64,000 nucleotides of DNA, taken from the NCBI GenBank assembly GCA_000165425.1, contig CT868141.1, forward strand, positions 248,001 through 312,000, in the 5' to 3' direction. Under the pieces are notes generated by a model. That model ran no database searches, was not told the origin of the DNA, and worked only from the letters and a program-made list of their open reading frames with translations. Below, one piece after another: positions 13,901-26,200 of the stretch; positions within the stretch are counted from its first letter, which is position 1, and each line of letters starts with the position of its first letter. The stretch comes from Paramecium tetraurelia. Its lineage: Eukaryota. The translations under genes were made by a program, and so were the position numbers.

Positions 13901-14847
13901 ATCTTTGGTAATCCTGTTGGATTAGTCAAACATGTTGCAAAGGGAGTTTATGATCTATTTGATAAACCAATTGAAGGGTTCATTAAGGGACCGATAGAAG
14001 GTGGGATTGGCATAGCAAAAGGAGCTGGAAGTTTGGTGTAGAACACAGTAAGTGGGATATCGAATTCAATGAGCAAGATCGCTGGTAGTATAAGTGGTGG
14101 GTTGGCTTACATCAGTTTGGATAAACAATACAAATAGGAGAGAGAACAATTTAGAGTTGTGAAACCTAATTAGATAATATCTGGAATCTATTTGGGAGGG
14201 AAATTACTATACGTATCTGTGACCAGAGCTGTCGTTGGAGTGTTTGATTTACCTGTGAATTAGGCGAAGAGAAAAGGGATGAAAGGATTAACTATTGGAG
14301 TTCTCGAGGGTACGGCTGGATTCTTTATCAAACCGTTTGCTGGGGTGTTTGATTTTGTGAGTAAGACAACTGATGGCATCAAGGCGACTGCTCAATATTG
14401 GGATGATAAGGCAAATGATAAGAGGACCAGAGATATCAGGGTAATATATTAATAGGAATAATTATATAAAAATTATAATGCTAAGGATGCCAAAATTATG
14501 CAATTTTTAATTAACATGAATAATAAATTTGAAGATTATTATTATTATGATAGTTTCGAATATGAGTCAGGAGGTACAGAATTAGTTTTTGTTTTGATGT
14601 ATTAACAATTCTTCAATTGCGACAGGAAGAAAAAAAGTATCATTTGGCAGATTGATCCAAACAGTGTTTAGGATATTCAAATGATCAACGATGGTGTTTT
14701 ATTCTTGTTAAAAGACTACAACGAAAAGTATAAGGTAATGTATTCCAACTTATTCGGTAGGCCAAACAGGTGCAATTGCATATGACACAGGAGAGACAAA
14801 TGGAATAAGTGATATTAAAATCTTAATGGCTCTTGAGTAATATTTGA
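4956..14847 (+). CDS. VPS13: VPS13-family lipid-transfer protein (about 3,280 aa) with an internal PH domain; five apparent +1 frameshifts; 26-nt intron at 14735-14760
   Basis: Chorein N-terminus MFEKILQRVLLTYFGKFITGFDQTNLQLGIWSGNIVIENVAL..LKIPW and IDNLQVSLKNIHFRFED. Internal motifs FYNPKIAVWEP and PYTIRNETG. C-terminal LIGSIEIFGNPVGL..GVYDLFDKP..GIAKGAGSLV. Confidence 0.95.
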
Positions 14848-14871
14848 TATTAATTATTTTAACTCACTTTC

Positions 14872-16714
14872 ATGTCGACTCTATAATCTCTGAACAATGC
14901 CTTCAAAAAGTTCAATGTCTACACCAGACCTGTGAGTTTATTGCTTCTCAAAGAACAAGGCCATAGAACATATTTAGGAGTCTTTCTCACAACTGTCCTA
15001 GTGAGCCTTGTAATTCTGGTTTATTACAGTGGACTTGAATCGCTTATTGTCAGAAATAACCCAAGCGTTATCACATATACACAATACTAAGAGCATTAAA
15101 GTGCGTTTTATTTGACACCTTAAAATTTCAGCATCGCCATCGCTCAGAAGGGATATGATCTCTTGGATTCCTATATCCTGGAGGGAGCCCTGGGAGGTAT
15201 AGACAGGTATTGTCAGTATTAATTATTTATAGTCCGATTTACCAGGAAATCCCTTTGACCAGATGCATCGATTTCCAATTCAATGATCCCACTTTGAATG
15301 CGTATTTTGATAAGGCAGATCAAATCTGGTACTGCATAGATTGGAGTTCCATTAGTTAACTCGTTATTGAGGGAGGTTTAGAATCCTCCAAAGACAAATC
15401 ATTATAAATCATAGTTAAATAATGCACTTCAATGTATATTTGTTAATTAACCTTAGTACCTAATGTACATATCCAAACGTATTGGATAGTGATCAATTCA
15501 TATTTAAAATGACATCAGCCAACACCGACATATCCAATTTCAAAACACCTGCATCCCTCATCGGCAAAACATTCAGTCTTACATCCCTCTCAAACTTTGC
15601 CAAAAAGTTGAACATCATCCTCCAACCACAACAAACACAAACCGATAACGGATACATCACTCAAGACTAGTATTAGGAAACGATGCTCTCAATTTCTAAC
15701 TATTATGAAACCATCCTGGATAAAGATTCGGATAAGCATGTCTTCGAAATCAATATTTCACTTGATCAAAAAACCCTAGTTACTTAACGCTCCTATCCCA
15801 GAGTCTATCAATTCTTAGGAGATATTGGAGGCTTCTGGGAAATCATCTTTCTGTGTTCCTTATTGTTCATCATGCCCTTCAATAATCTATCTTACAGAGT
15901 GGCTTTATTGAATGAATTGTTCAATTTTGAACTAGACTTTGACCACAAAATACATCCTGAACATAGGGGTAGTTCAAAAGTCAAGGAAATCTTAAATAAA
16001 TCGGTTCAACTTGAAAAATTCAATAGAATGTCCAAGGTTGCAGAACATGAAGAATAATAAAAATCTAAACTATTGGATTAAATTTCGAGTGACATCACTC
16101 AATTTTTCAAAGAATAAGAAAGTAAATTAGATCTTCAATTTTTTGATTATTTCGGTTGTTGCCAATGCAAAAAGGGAGGCAAGAGGGATCTTATTAATTT
16201 CTCTATGGGTAAAATCACTCACACTCTAGATATTACTTATATCATTAAAAAACTTTAAGAAATCGATAAATTAAAATTGATTTTATTAAATTCTGATTAA
16301 ATCAAACTCTTTGATTATTTACCTAAACCCAAACTTGGATTACACATGAAACCAGGTGAAAATGAATACTGCTCTATTCTAAAACCAGAACTATCCGATC
16401 TTGACAAAGCATTAGAAGCCCAAAAGGCCTTTTAATCCCTTCAAGACTAGGATGATGAAATTACACCCAAACTTGTAAAGCTTTTAGACGACGATCTAGT
16501 TTCCTTATTTAAACTATAATTAAATAAGGGCGTTAATCGCTTTGTTAAAAAGCCAGGTCAATTAGCTGATGCAGTCTAATAATTGATGCTCATGAATGCA
16601 AAAGAAAAAGAAAATCAAAAGTCTAAGGATAAGAAGAAAGATAAAAAGAAAAAGAAAAAAGATGATTCTAGTAATTCAGATGACTCTGCCTCTTCTGGTT
16701 CTGAAAAAGATTGA
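14872..16714 (+). CDS. Ciliate-type two-transmembrane protein with a large extracellular/luminal loop, two introns (near 15208 and 15434)
   Basis: FKKFNVYTRPVSL..GHRTYLGVFLTTVLVSLVILVYY forms TM1, and QRSYPRVYQFLGDIGGFWEIIFLCSLLFIMPF forms TM2. The tail contains LDITYIIKKLQEIDKLKLILLNSDQIKLFDYLPKP and ends in a Lys/Ser-rich stretch. Confidence 0.75.
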
Positions 16715-16955
16715 TTTAGTCATAGAAAAGTATATCATTATGAGTTTTATCTTATAAATTTATTTTTTTAACTAAATTCCAATAATTTTATAAATAGAAT
16801 TGAATTTTCAACTTTTTAGATTGTGTTCTTCTTTTGTATTATTACTTAGATACACACTTTTACACTTTTATACTATCAATAAATCAAATATAATGAAATA
16901 TATCTTCTAATAAATCTGACAATTATCATCTATAATTTAAATTTATCTTTAGGAA

Positions 16956-17543
16956 TCAAATAATTAAGCATAATAATTTTAAATAATCAATAGTATTTAT
17001 TCTTATCTAATGTAGACTCTTTTTAGGGAAACTTTCAAAAATTAAAATATTAATCAGGTTTTTTAACTTTATGTTTAGATCTGAATTAACTGAATAAATA
17101 TCATACGTTAGTTAATTAAAGAATTCTTTTAATTGATCTGAAGTGTAGGGCAAATCATCATACAATTTAGGAGTGTATTCTTTTACTTGAAAATGGCATG
17201 GTTTGATGTTTTCTTATACATGTTATTAGTTTATAGTTGGAAGCCTGATATTAGCAGGACTATGACAAGACTTTGAAATTTCTGTTACTGATCTTTGAGT
17301 TCTTTCGTTTTTGGAAATCAGCACATTTCTTGTATTAGGTAGGACTGATAAATAATTTATTTAATAATCCAACAGCTAAGGTGATTACCTATTTTTCTAT
17401 CTCTCTTGTGAGGATCCAAATGCAATTTTGGAGAGCGGTCTTTTTTTCTTTTTCTTCTTATATTACCATCTATTATCAATTTGATTTTTGAGAACGAATG
17501 AATTAAATTTCATCTAATCATTGACTTTTTATGAATTTTACAT
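16956..17543 (-). CDS. Hypothetical protein (about 195 aa)
   Basis: Continuous ciliate-code ORF beginning MQNSQKVNDQMKFNSFVLKNQIDNRWQYKKKRKKRPLSK and ending at TGA 16956. No recognisable domain. Confidence 0.5.
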
Positions 17544-18013
17544 TATTATTTAAATATAATAACTATTGATTTTGTTAGAATGTATTATTCTGGTTTAGAG
17601 CAATATACTTTAGTTTTAAATAACTCAATTTCGTCTATTAGAATTTTGTATTTCTTAAATATTTCCTTCTGCTATAAATTGTAATAAAAAATAATAGATG
17701 GATGAAATTCATAATTCAAATAAGCATGATTATTAATTTTATATCTATTGTAGAATTTTAAATATTATAAATTTAAGACCTTCATGTTATATTTTTCATA
17801 ATTTCATTGAAAAATATGGAGAATTTCATCAAATTCCTAGTAATCACTATTTGAATAATCAAATTTAGACAATATATCTTTTTTCATCTCATATCATACC
17901 TATGTTTTCAATGAAAATTTGAGAAATTAGAAATGTTTATTTGTTTATGAAATTTCTTTATAATAAAAATTTTGAGTACTTTTTTCAAAATTTAATTCTA
18001 AAAATAATAATAT

Positions 18014-18737
18014 ATGCAATCAGAAACAAGATAAAAATAAAAGCTAGTATTTTTAGGAAATTCATATGTTGGCAAAACCAGTATAATTGAAAGGTTTGTT
18101 TCAAATACATTCGATCCAAAATCTCAACCTACTGTTGGAATAGATTTTATTGGTAAAAATATCACAATAGATGGAAAAAATATGCGTCTTCTTTTATGGG
18201 ACACTGCAGGACAAGAAAGATTTCATTCATTGATTCCTGGCTATGTAAGAGATGCATAATGCGCTATAATTGTATTTGATGTAACATGTAATACATTTCT
18301 TATATGATTAGCTAGACATTCTTTTGAGAGTTTGGATAGATGGTTTAATGAGGTTAAATAAACAAGGGGCAATGAAGCTGCGATTGTCATTTTAGGAAAT
18401 AAGATAGATGCAGAAAGAGTTATCAGTTCATAGGAAGCCAGAGATTATGCGATGAAAAAGGATATTCTCTATTATGAAGTAAGCGCAAAAACAGGTAAGG
18501 GAATTGAAGAAGCAATGGAATAAATCTGCTTAGCATTACCCGCTGATCATTCTTTTCTTATAACTCAATCATAAGGTAATCTCATTCCAATAAAATTTTA
18601 TAGTAAATCAATCACAATTTGAACAATAAACAGTGGTTTCGAATAGAAAATCTGTTCAGCAAGATCATAATGTATTTAAATAGTTGTAATAACAGCCTAC
18701 AACTAAAAATAATCAATGTTGTGCTAAATCTTAATGA
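18014..18737 (+). CDS. RAB6: Rab6-like small GTPase, two introns (18288-18311 and about 18576-18603)
   Basis: KLVFLGNSYVGKTSII, PTVGIDF, WDTAGQERFHSLIPGYVRD (Rab6-type), GNKID and EVSAKTG motifs. The C-terminus is NQCCAKSQ. Confidence 0.88.
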
Positions 18738-18987
18738 AATATTTTTGCTATTTTTTAATTTATAAACATATTAATTTATTGTATTCTATTATCATTTCAC
18801 CTCTTTTTGATAACATAATAAAACAAAGATTAGCATAAATAAATGGGACTATAATTAATGGATAATCAATATATGAGTTTCTTAGTGTCTTTTTAATAGA
18901 TAGTCTTTTGTGCAAGATTTAATAATGAATTTACGATTACAATTGTTATATTGAATTTATAAAACAGAAACCATAAAATAGATTTTA

Positions 18988-20741
18988 TCATAAGATTCTT
19001 AGTTCATTATATTGATTCCAAATGTAAGTCTTAATATTATCATATATATCTCCTATTTTTCTCAGTTTCATGTAGTAAAATTCTTAGATTAATACAAGCT
19101 CGTATAGATATTTGTATTACTCAGAATTCATTAACTCATGTTCAGTCAAATTGGAAAAGATACACACAACCTAAATATTTAAAAAAGAAACTACCTAAAC
19201 TATTAAATTAATTGATGTGTGATATATTCCAAAAATCATTCCATAGTAGGCTATTAATTCAATTATACTATTATTGGAAAATACAGGGATGAAAAAGAAC
19301 AAAGTAATGCTTACTTGATCATTCGATATTGTGTAAAAAGAAGAGTAAACATTAATTATAAAAGTGATAAAGTATGTTAGCAACAAGACCACATAAAAAA
19401 AATGATTAGTGTTATTAATGCATTTATTCAAGTATATAGAGTGAAACTGAAATCCTTTGACCTAAATAAATCATACAATTATATTACACAGATATTGCAA
19501 TGTTCACAGTGATAAACTTATGGTTTTTAGATGATTTTGCATTTAGGACAAGTCCTAGATATATCAAAATTAATAAATTGTTCATCTTTCTCAAAATGCA
19601 ACTTAACTGCTCTCAATAATTCTGATAGATTTGATTAATCCCTATTTTCCAAATCATCTTACATTTCATCCTCTTCCAAAATATGATGTCTGTGTTCCCT
19701 AGTATCATTGCTATGGCATTCATAATTTATTTTAGGATGTGCTAAATTTTTAGATATCTATTTGCCTTCATCTTGTCTGTTGGTAGTCTTAGATAAAAAG
19801 ATGAGGCAATAAAATAAGCTGTAGAGTGTAAAAATTAAGGAGATTAAGGATATGCTATAACCATAACTATCATCGCTTTTTAACCTCAAAAAATTGCATG
19901 CAATAAGAAACCCAATCATCAAATAGGATACACCCACAATTATATATTGAACTAATTTTGTGTTATGCTTTTTTATGAATACTTCAAATTGAATAGTTTC
20001 TACTATTTTTTTTATAGCCTAAGTCTTCAAATCTGTTTCTTAATTTGGCATAAGATCTGGATATGCTCTAAGCAGATATTCAACAGCATCATTAGAGTAA
20101 TTTGAGATCGCTCTGATTAAAGGAGTTTTGCCCTTCGAATCCTATTGATTGTATGACATCTCCCCTTCAAAATATTTGAGCATATACACATCATTTGTAT
20201 AGGCAGCCCAATGCATAATGGTGCAGCCAGCATTATCCTTCACATCTGTATTAGCTTATAGAGCAATTAAATAGAGGGCGATCAATTATTAATTACATTT
20301 AATAGCATAAAGTAGAGGTGTAAATATTAAGTTATCTTGCTCATTGATTTTATTTCCTAAATCAATAAAGAGTCTAACTAATTCCTAGTTTCCAAAATGA
20401 CATGACATCATCAAGCAACTTTATTCAATTTGAGACTTGTTTAACGGATTTGCACCCTTTAAAAGCAAATATTTAACAATATCTAATCTTTCAAATGAAA
20501 TGGCATGATGAATCAATGCGTATCCTGATGAATCTAATTCATCTAAATTTTCTGGAGTGTGTAATATTAATACATTGAAATTTCCTGATTGAATTTCTTA
20601 TTCAAAAAATATAGGTTATTATTAGATTATATCTTCCAATTTCTCTTCAACATATTATTATGGTTGAGGCAACAATTAGGAGTCATGGGATTCACTACCC
20701 AGTTCAAGTTGTTCATCTTCCCCTAAAACAATATCATTCAT
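18988..20741 (-). CDS. Ankyrin-repeat DHHC-family (Akr1/ZDHHC17-like) protein with a degenerate catalytic motif
   Basis: Ankyrin repeats (GYALIHHAISFERLDIVKYLLLKGANP, TPLLYAI, GCTIMHWAAY, GKTPLIRAI) followed by TM helices. The Cys-rich domain reads CPKCKIIQKPQVYHCEHCNIC|VKGFQFHSIYLNKCINNTNHFFY, and there is a TTxE-like NLTEHE. Confidence 0.85.
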
Positions 20742-20798
20742 TTTAATTAATATGCTCTTATAAAACTCAAATAATATATAAAAATATTAAAATTTAAT

Positions 20799-22430
20799 AT
20801 GCGGGGATTTTTGAGCCTTGCCAAGACTATAGTCTATTCCTCATCAATCGTTAAACCTACCTAATAAATAAAAATGCAGTTTCGATTGTATAGAAATATC
20901 TATATTTTAGGGCAAATCAACAATTGGCTTCATAATTCAGGTTATGTTCAACTATTCAAATTTTGAGATTAATCAATTTGTAAGGAGTGAGTTCCAATTC
21001 CTAATTAGAAGATGCGGATGGTATTTAATAAATCTCGATTATTAGAATAAGATTTGGAATCAACCATTTCTAAAATACTTTCAGTAACCCTAAAAAGCAA
21101 TACTGAGAAGCATCCATTGAAATTAATAACTGAATGATTTCATATTTGGTTTATATCTAAAGTTAAATCAAAAATATAAATTTAACTACTTTTTACACCT
21201 CCCAGATTTATATTCAATTCCAAGTTAATCATATCAGTTTTATAAAATTGAAACTTAACTAATTAGAATGTTGAAACAGTTATCAACCTATTTCTATAAT
21301 TCAGCTCCATTATTTTTTATTCATTCTTAAGATAACGACTAAATTAATTGATAAAATTCATTTCTATATTTAATTTCTTCAAATTCTTATATCACTTAAA
21401 CTATATATCGTAAAAATGATCTAAGAAATGTTATATTAATTAGATTCCTATAAATTAGATCTATAAAAGTAACTTCATCTTTCTTAGAATGTATTTTCAA
21501 AAAATAACTGGCAAATTAATTGATTCCTCCACATTTCAAATTCTTTATGATCTACAGTAGTAGCATAACTTATCAAACCAATAGAATTTATAATGTCTAT
21601 TTTAATTATTTTATATATCTAAATTTACTAATCCCAAAATCCAAGATATATATCTGTTTAGAATTTAGTATATTTTTAGTTTGATAATCATTTATACTCT
21701 AGATATTTAGGAAATAGATTCTATAAATATTTATGATATTCTCTCTTATTTATATCCAAGAGTGAATTCCTAAAATTTTTGGATTCAAAATATGATTGAT
21801 CTATTTTAGTTAGTCTAATATTCTGATTATCAATATTCTTCAATTAATTTTAAATTGATCTAAATTTAGATTCTCATTTCAATATATGAACAGAATTGAT
21901 GAATAATCAAATATTAAGAAATTATATTTCATTTAACAGATTTAATTAGTATATTGTGTAACTAGATCAAATAATTTGTGAAGTTTATAGATTAAATATA
22001 AGTCTAACTTAACTCTCATAAAATGGATGAGCATGTCAAAAATTATTCAGAAGAACTCTCACACATAAATAGTCCTCTTATTTTTTACAGTTCACCTTTT
22101 TTCAGAGGGATTATTTAAAGTTTTAAATGGCAGGTAATTGTTAACTTAAAATTCTTTAACGAGTACTCTTAAATCCATTATTTCTGTTATCAAAGTTATG
22201 ATTTGCTTAGGGGAAAGGGAGGACAAGTGTAAATCTAATTCTTCAATCAACTCAAAGTACCAATATAATAGCATCAATTATAATGCGAAGAAAAGCATTA
22301 AATTTACGGTGAATGCGTATTATAATAATTTACTAATATATATATTTAACTCAGAGTGCAAAGATTAATCATGCTTGACTTTATATGTGTAAGCTTATTT
22401 ATTGAGATTCAAACATGCTTTAAGTCATGA
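20799..22430 (+). CDS. Hypothetical protein, possibly organelle-targeted; 3' end uncertain
   Basis: The N-terminus MRGFLSLAKTIVYSSSIVKPTQQIKMQFR is basic and lacks acidic residues. A long Q/L/F-rich ciliate-code frame follows, with tiny intron candidates. Confidence 0.45.
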
Positions 22431-22551
22431 AAAAGCTTTTGCTCATAGGATTTTGAGCATTTAATCTACACCTTTCTAATTGCTTATTCCATTCACTCTA
22501 TTTTATAGTTATTTGAGGTTTTGGTATTCTAAGCAAATTGGAACTATTCAT
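22369..22551 (-). CDS. Possible small protein (60 aa)
   Basis: ATG at 22551 to TGA at 22369: MNSSNLLRIPKPQITIKQSEWNKQLERCRLNAQNPMSKSFFMTQSMFESQQISLHIQSQA. Confidence 0.3.
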
Positions 22552-22636
22552 TTAGTAAGTTTTTATTTTTATTTTATTTTTTGAAATTAATCATAATATT
22601 TGTATACTTTTATATTAAATTCATCTGGTGAAAAAA

Positions 22637-23209
22637 TCATTTTATTTATGCTTGTATCTATTATTTTATAAATGCCTTTTTTTCATCAATGCATTTTTTG
22701 ATTTATTCCTCAGTATAAATTTGAGCACTTAATGTTCTTAAGGTTTCCCCTTTTTTATTGATAGCTTTTAACAAATTCATCTATTGCTCTGGTATTTCAT
22801 TGAGTTTAACCTAAGTTATTAATTGCCAAAAAGGATTAACTGTATCCTCTAGGTTATGATCAGTGTACTTATACAGCAAACTTCTCACTTAATCATTATC
22901 TAATTAGTCCATCAAGATATCGAATAATTCTCTTATCTCCTTTCTTAGGGTCAATACTTTTAATTTAAAATTATCGGCCTTTTGCTAATATTCGGATTAT
23001 AATTCCAAATGAATTTTATTAGAATTATTGATTTGATTGATCAATTTATTTAAAGCCAATTGTTGTAGTGTTTTATCATTTTGGAAATGTTCGAGGATGA
23101 TTTCAGTTTCAGCAGCCACTTCTAAAGTGATTTTGACATCTCTCAAAAATAGGAATTTATAGCTTTGAACTTCTGAGTACTCCGAAAAAGAGTTTTAAGG
23201 TTATTGCAT
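22637..23209 (-). CDS. Hypothetical helical protein (190 aa, intronless)
   Basis: Complete 573-nt ciliate-code ORF, MQQPQNSFSEYSEVQSYKFLFLRDV..KQQIQAQIK. Confidence 0.65.
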
Positions 23210-23237
23210 ATTAAATATATATTTAATAATTTGTTGA

Positions 23238-26200
23238 TCAAACTCTACTACCAAAAATAGAGCTTAAAGGTCTTCCAAATTAGCTTTATTCTTGTTCGGC
23301 ATCTGCATAAGGATCTTCAATTCCTTTTTCCTTAAGAATCTTTCTGAAGTTTTTAATCATTGCTTCATTGGCTTGTAATTGATTGATGGCGATTTGCAAC
23401 TAATTCTATAATTCGACATTCTTTTGGAATTCAAATGGTTGTAACTTCTATTTATCAAAATTGGGACCTCTCAAGATCTTACCAACTTTATTACTCTTTT
23501 GAGGCAATGATTATAGTCTAGCCTAGGCACTGCCTTATTTATTAATATTCAAAGCTGAAGGTAGTATGGGTTACTAAGATTATTGCATTACATCTTCGTT
23601 CATCATTTCCACATTTTACTAAGGATATTAAGAATATGAATACTTCTCCAATGTTTCTGCCAAGCTTAGTTTGTAATACTTTAATTTCCTATTTGAACTT
23701 TTCATTTTCTTTTTTATATTTGTCATTTTCAATCTTTAAATTCGATTTTTCGGTTTCATAATCCTTACATTATTTTCTAATTTCATTTAACTCATGGATT
23801 AATTATTAATTCTCGCTAGTTCTTTTATAGATTTCTTTTTCTCTTCTAACCATCATTTTTTCTGTACTCGAATTTATTTATATAGCACTCTTTTCAAGAT
23901 GATTGATGTGTCTATTCATTTCCTCAATAGAACGAGGATCATTGGAACTTTACTTAATTTCTTGTTGAAGCACATATCTTTAATACAACTTGGTCATCTC
24001 TTTTTTCCATTCCTAAATTAATGAATTTAAGTTACTTTATCATCAATATAATGAACACAATTGTGAATGTCTCTAGTAATATTTTAAATGATATTTTCCT
24101 TCTTTTTTGTAGTTTAAATTTATAAATTTAAATCATGAGTGAGAGCATTAGTTTTACTGCTTTCTTCATTGATTTTAGAGTTCAATTCACTATTAATTTT
24201 TAATTACTTTGCAAATTCACTTTCCAATCTAAATAATTCTTCCTTTAATTTCTCAATTTAAGCTTCCTTGGGTTCTAGTGATTTCTTCATTTCTGTAGTT
24301 CTAAATGATAGAACATGTTTAGATTTTTGTAAAACATTAATTTTATCTTTGTATTCTGAAATCTTTTTATCCTTTTTCTTCAATTAATCATCCTTATCTT
24401 CTAAATCCTTGCATTAAACATCAATTTTTGTTTCAGCTTCCTTAAGATTCTTTTCTAATAACTAATAAGCCTACTCTTTCTCTTACAATCTTTTGTCTAA
24501 CTTTTCATTTTCTAATCTTAATTCTTATACTAATTTTTGTTCTTATTTAAACTTCGAGTCTTTTTCAGCAAGTAAACATTTAAGCCTATCAATCTCTTTT
24601 TTCTATCTATCGTTTAAGTCTTTAATTTCAAATTCATGATCTTCTTCTTATTACGCTAAAATCTCTTCATATGTAGCCTTCAATTAATCTGCTTGATTTT
24701 AATTATTCTCCAAAGCTTTAGCTGTGATTTAGAAATTCTTATAAAACTTTTCTTTCAATTCATCAATATATGATGTATGTTTCTATTCAAATTCTTTGGC
24801 TTAAGCTTGATTTCTTCTTCTTTCCTCCATCAAATCCTATTCCAATTAGAGATATTTCTCATTTTCAAATGCTAACTTTCTTTCATATAAATTTTCTAAT
24901 TCTTCAACTGCTTTTAAATGGTTATTTTCTACATTTTTAAATAAATTGGCAGATTCCTTTTCTGCAGATGACTTTTAAGCCTTTAACTAATCATAACGAG
25001 CAGCCCAAGCAGCAATTTCGTTATTCATTTACTTTTCAATTTCTAATTTCTCCTTCTCAACTTTTCTTTTTTCTTCCTATACTTTGAAATCAGTCTTCTA
25101 ATCAAGATCTTACAAATCATTATGGAGTTTCTTCATTTCAGCAATATATGTTTCGATCTCATTTCTTGAAACTAATAGAACATCAGCTAAATTTTCATCT
25201 ACAACACCAGCCTTAGGATTAATTTTATCAATATCATCCATCTACTCTTTGGCTTCAGCCCCAGTCTTAGAAGCGTATATTTAACCATCATTTGAAATTT
25301 CAGAGACTTAATATATGAATAGGGCACCATCAGATCCAGTTGAGAACACATATCTTCCATCTGGACTGCATTTAATTCTAGTGATCTCACCTTAATGGAC
25401 AGGCATTGTTTCAAAAGCCATTTGATTGAATATATAGGAGTATATTTTGATTTAGCCATTTTCTGTTCCTCCAATAATTCCAAATTAATTATATAAGGAT
25501 TAAATGTAAGCTAATTAGGTCAATTTTTATTGACCAAGATCATGGAAGTGATGATCCTTGCCAGTACTTATTCCATTCTAAACAATTCTCTATTCTCTAA
25601 CTATATATTTGGTATCAATCTTATCTTGCTCTGTTTTATCTTTAATACTCTCAGTTCCTGCAGCTATCAACATTCCAATTGGTGGATCATAAATCAAAGA
25701 TGTATATTTATTAGTATTATAAACATAATCCTTCCTGGACCAATCATTGGGAGTCCATTCGAATATACTACCATCTAAGCCACAACTGGCCAAAAAGGTA
25801 TCTTTGATTCCCCAGATCAAATCAGTTATTTGATTACTGTGTCCTTTTAAAGTGTGCATGAATTCCATCGTGTAAGCATCATAAATATTAATATAATAAT
25901 GATTGCTTTTAGCTCTTGGATATGCAACTGCCAACATATGACCTCCTTGACTAAATTTCACCTAAGTGCAACACTTCACTGCCATTTCTTTATAAGCACG
26001 TAATTCACTATGCAAAACATGGAAGATACGTAACTTATCTTAAAATCCTGCTGCCAAATAATAGCCTGTGGGATGAAAACCTACTGAACATAAAGGCGAA
26101 ATGTCTTAGGTTGTACTTTAATTCTCCTTTGTTCCCAAACCTTATTAATTACCATCATCTCCTAAATAAAATTTACGAGCTAATTCACATCTGGGATAAG

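Noticed and set aside
22370..22545. Three hairpins (TGACTT/AAGTCA, TGCTCA/TGAGCA, TTGCTTA/TAAGCAA) suggesting an H/ACA snoRNA
   Set aside because: There is no properly placed H box, short stems are common in AT-rich DNA, and the stretch is also a clean 60-codon minus-strand ORF. An Rfam/Infernal search would settle it.
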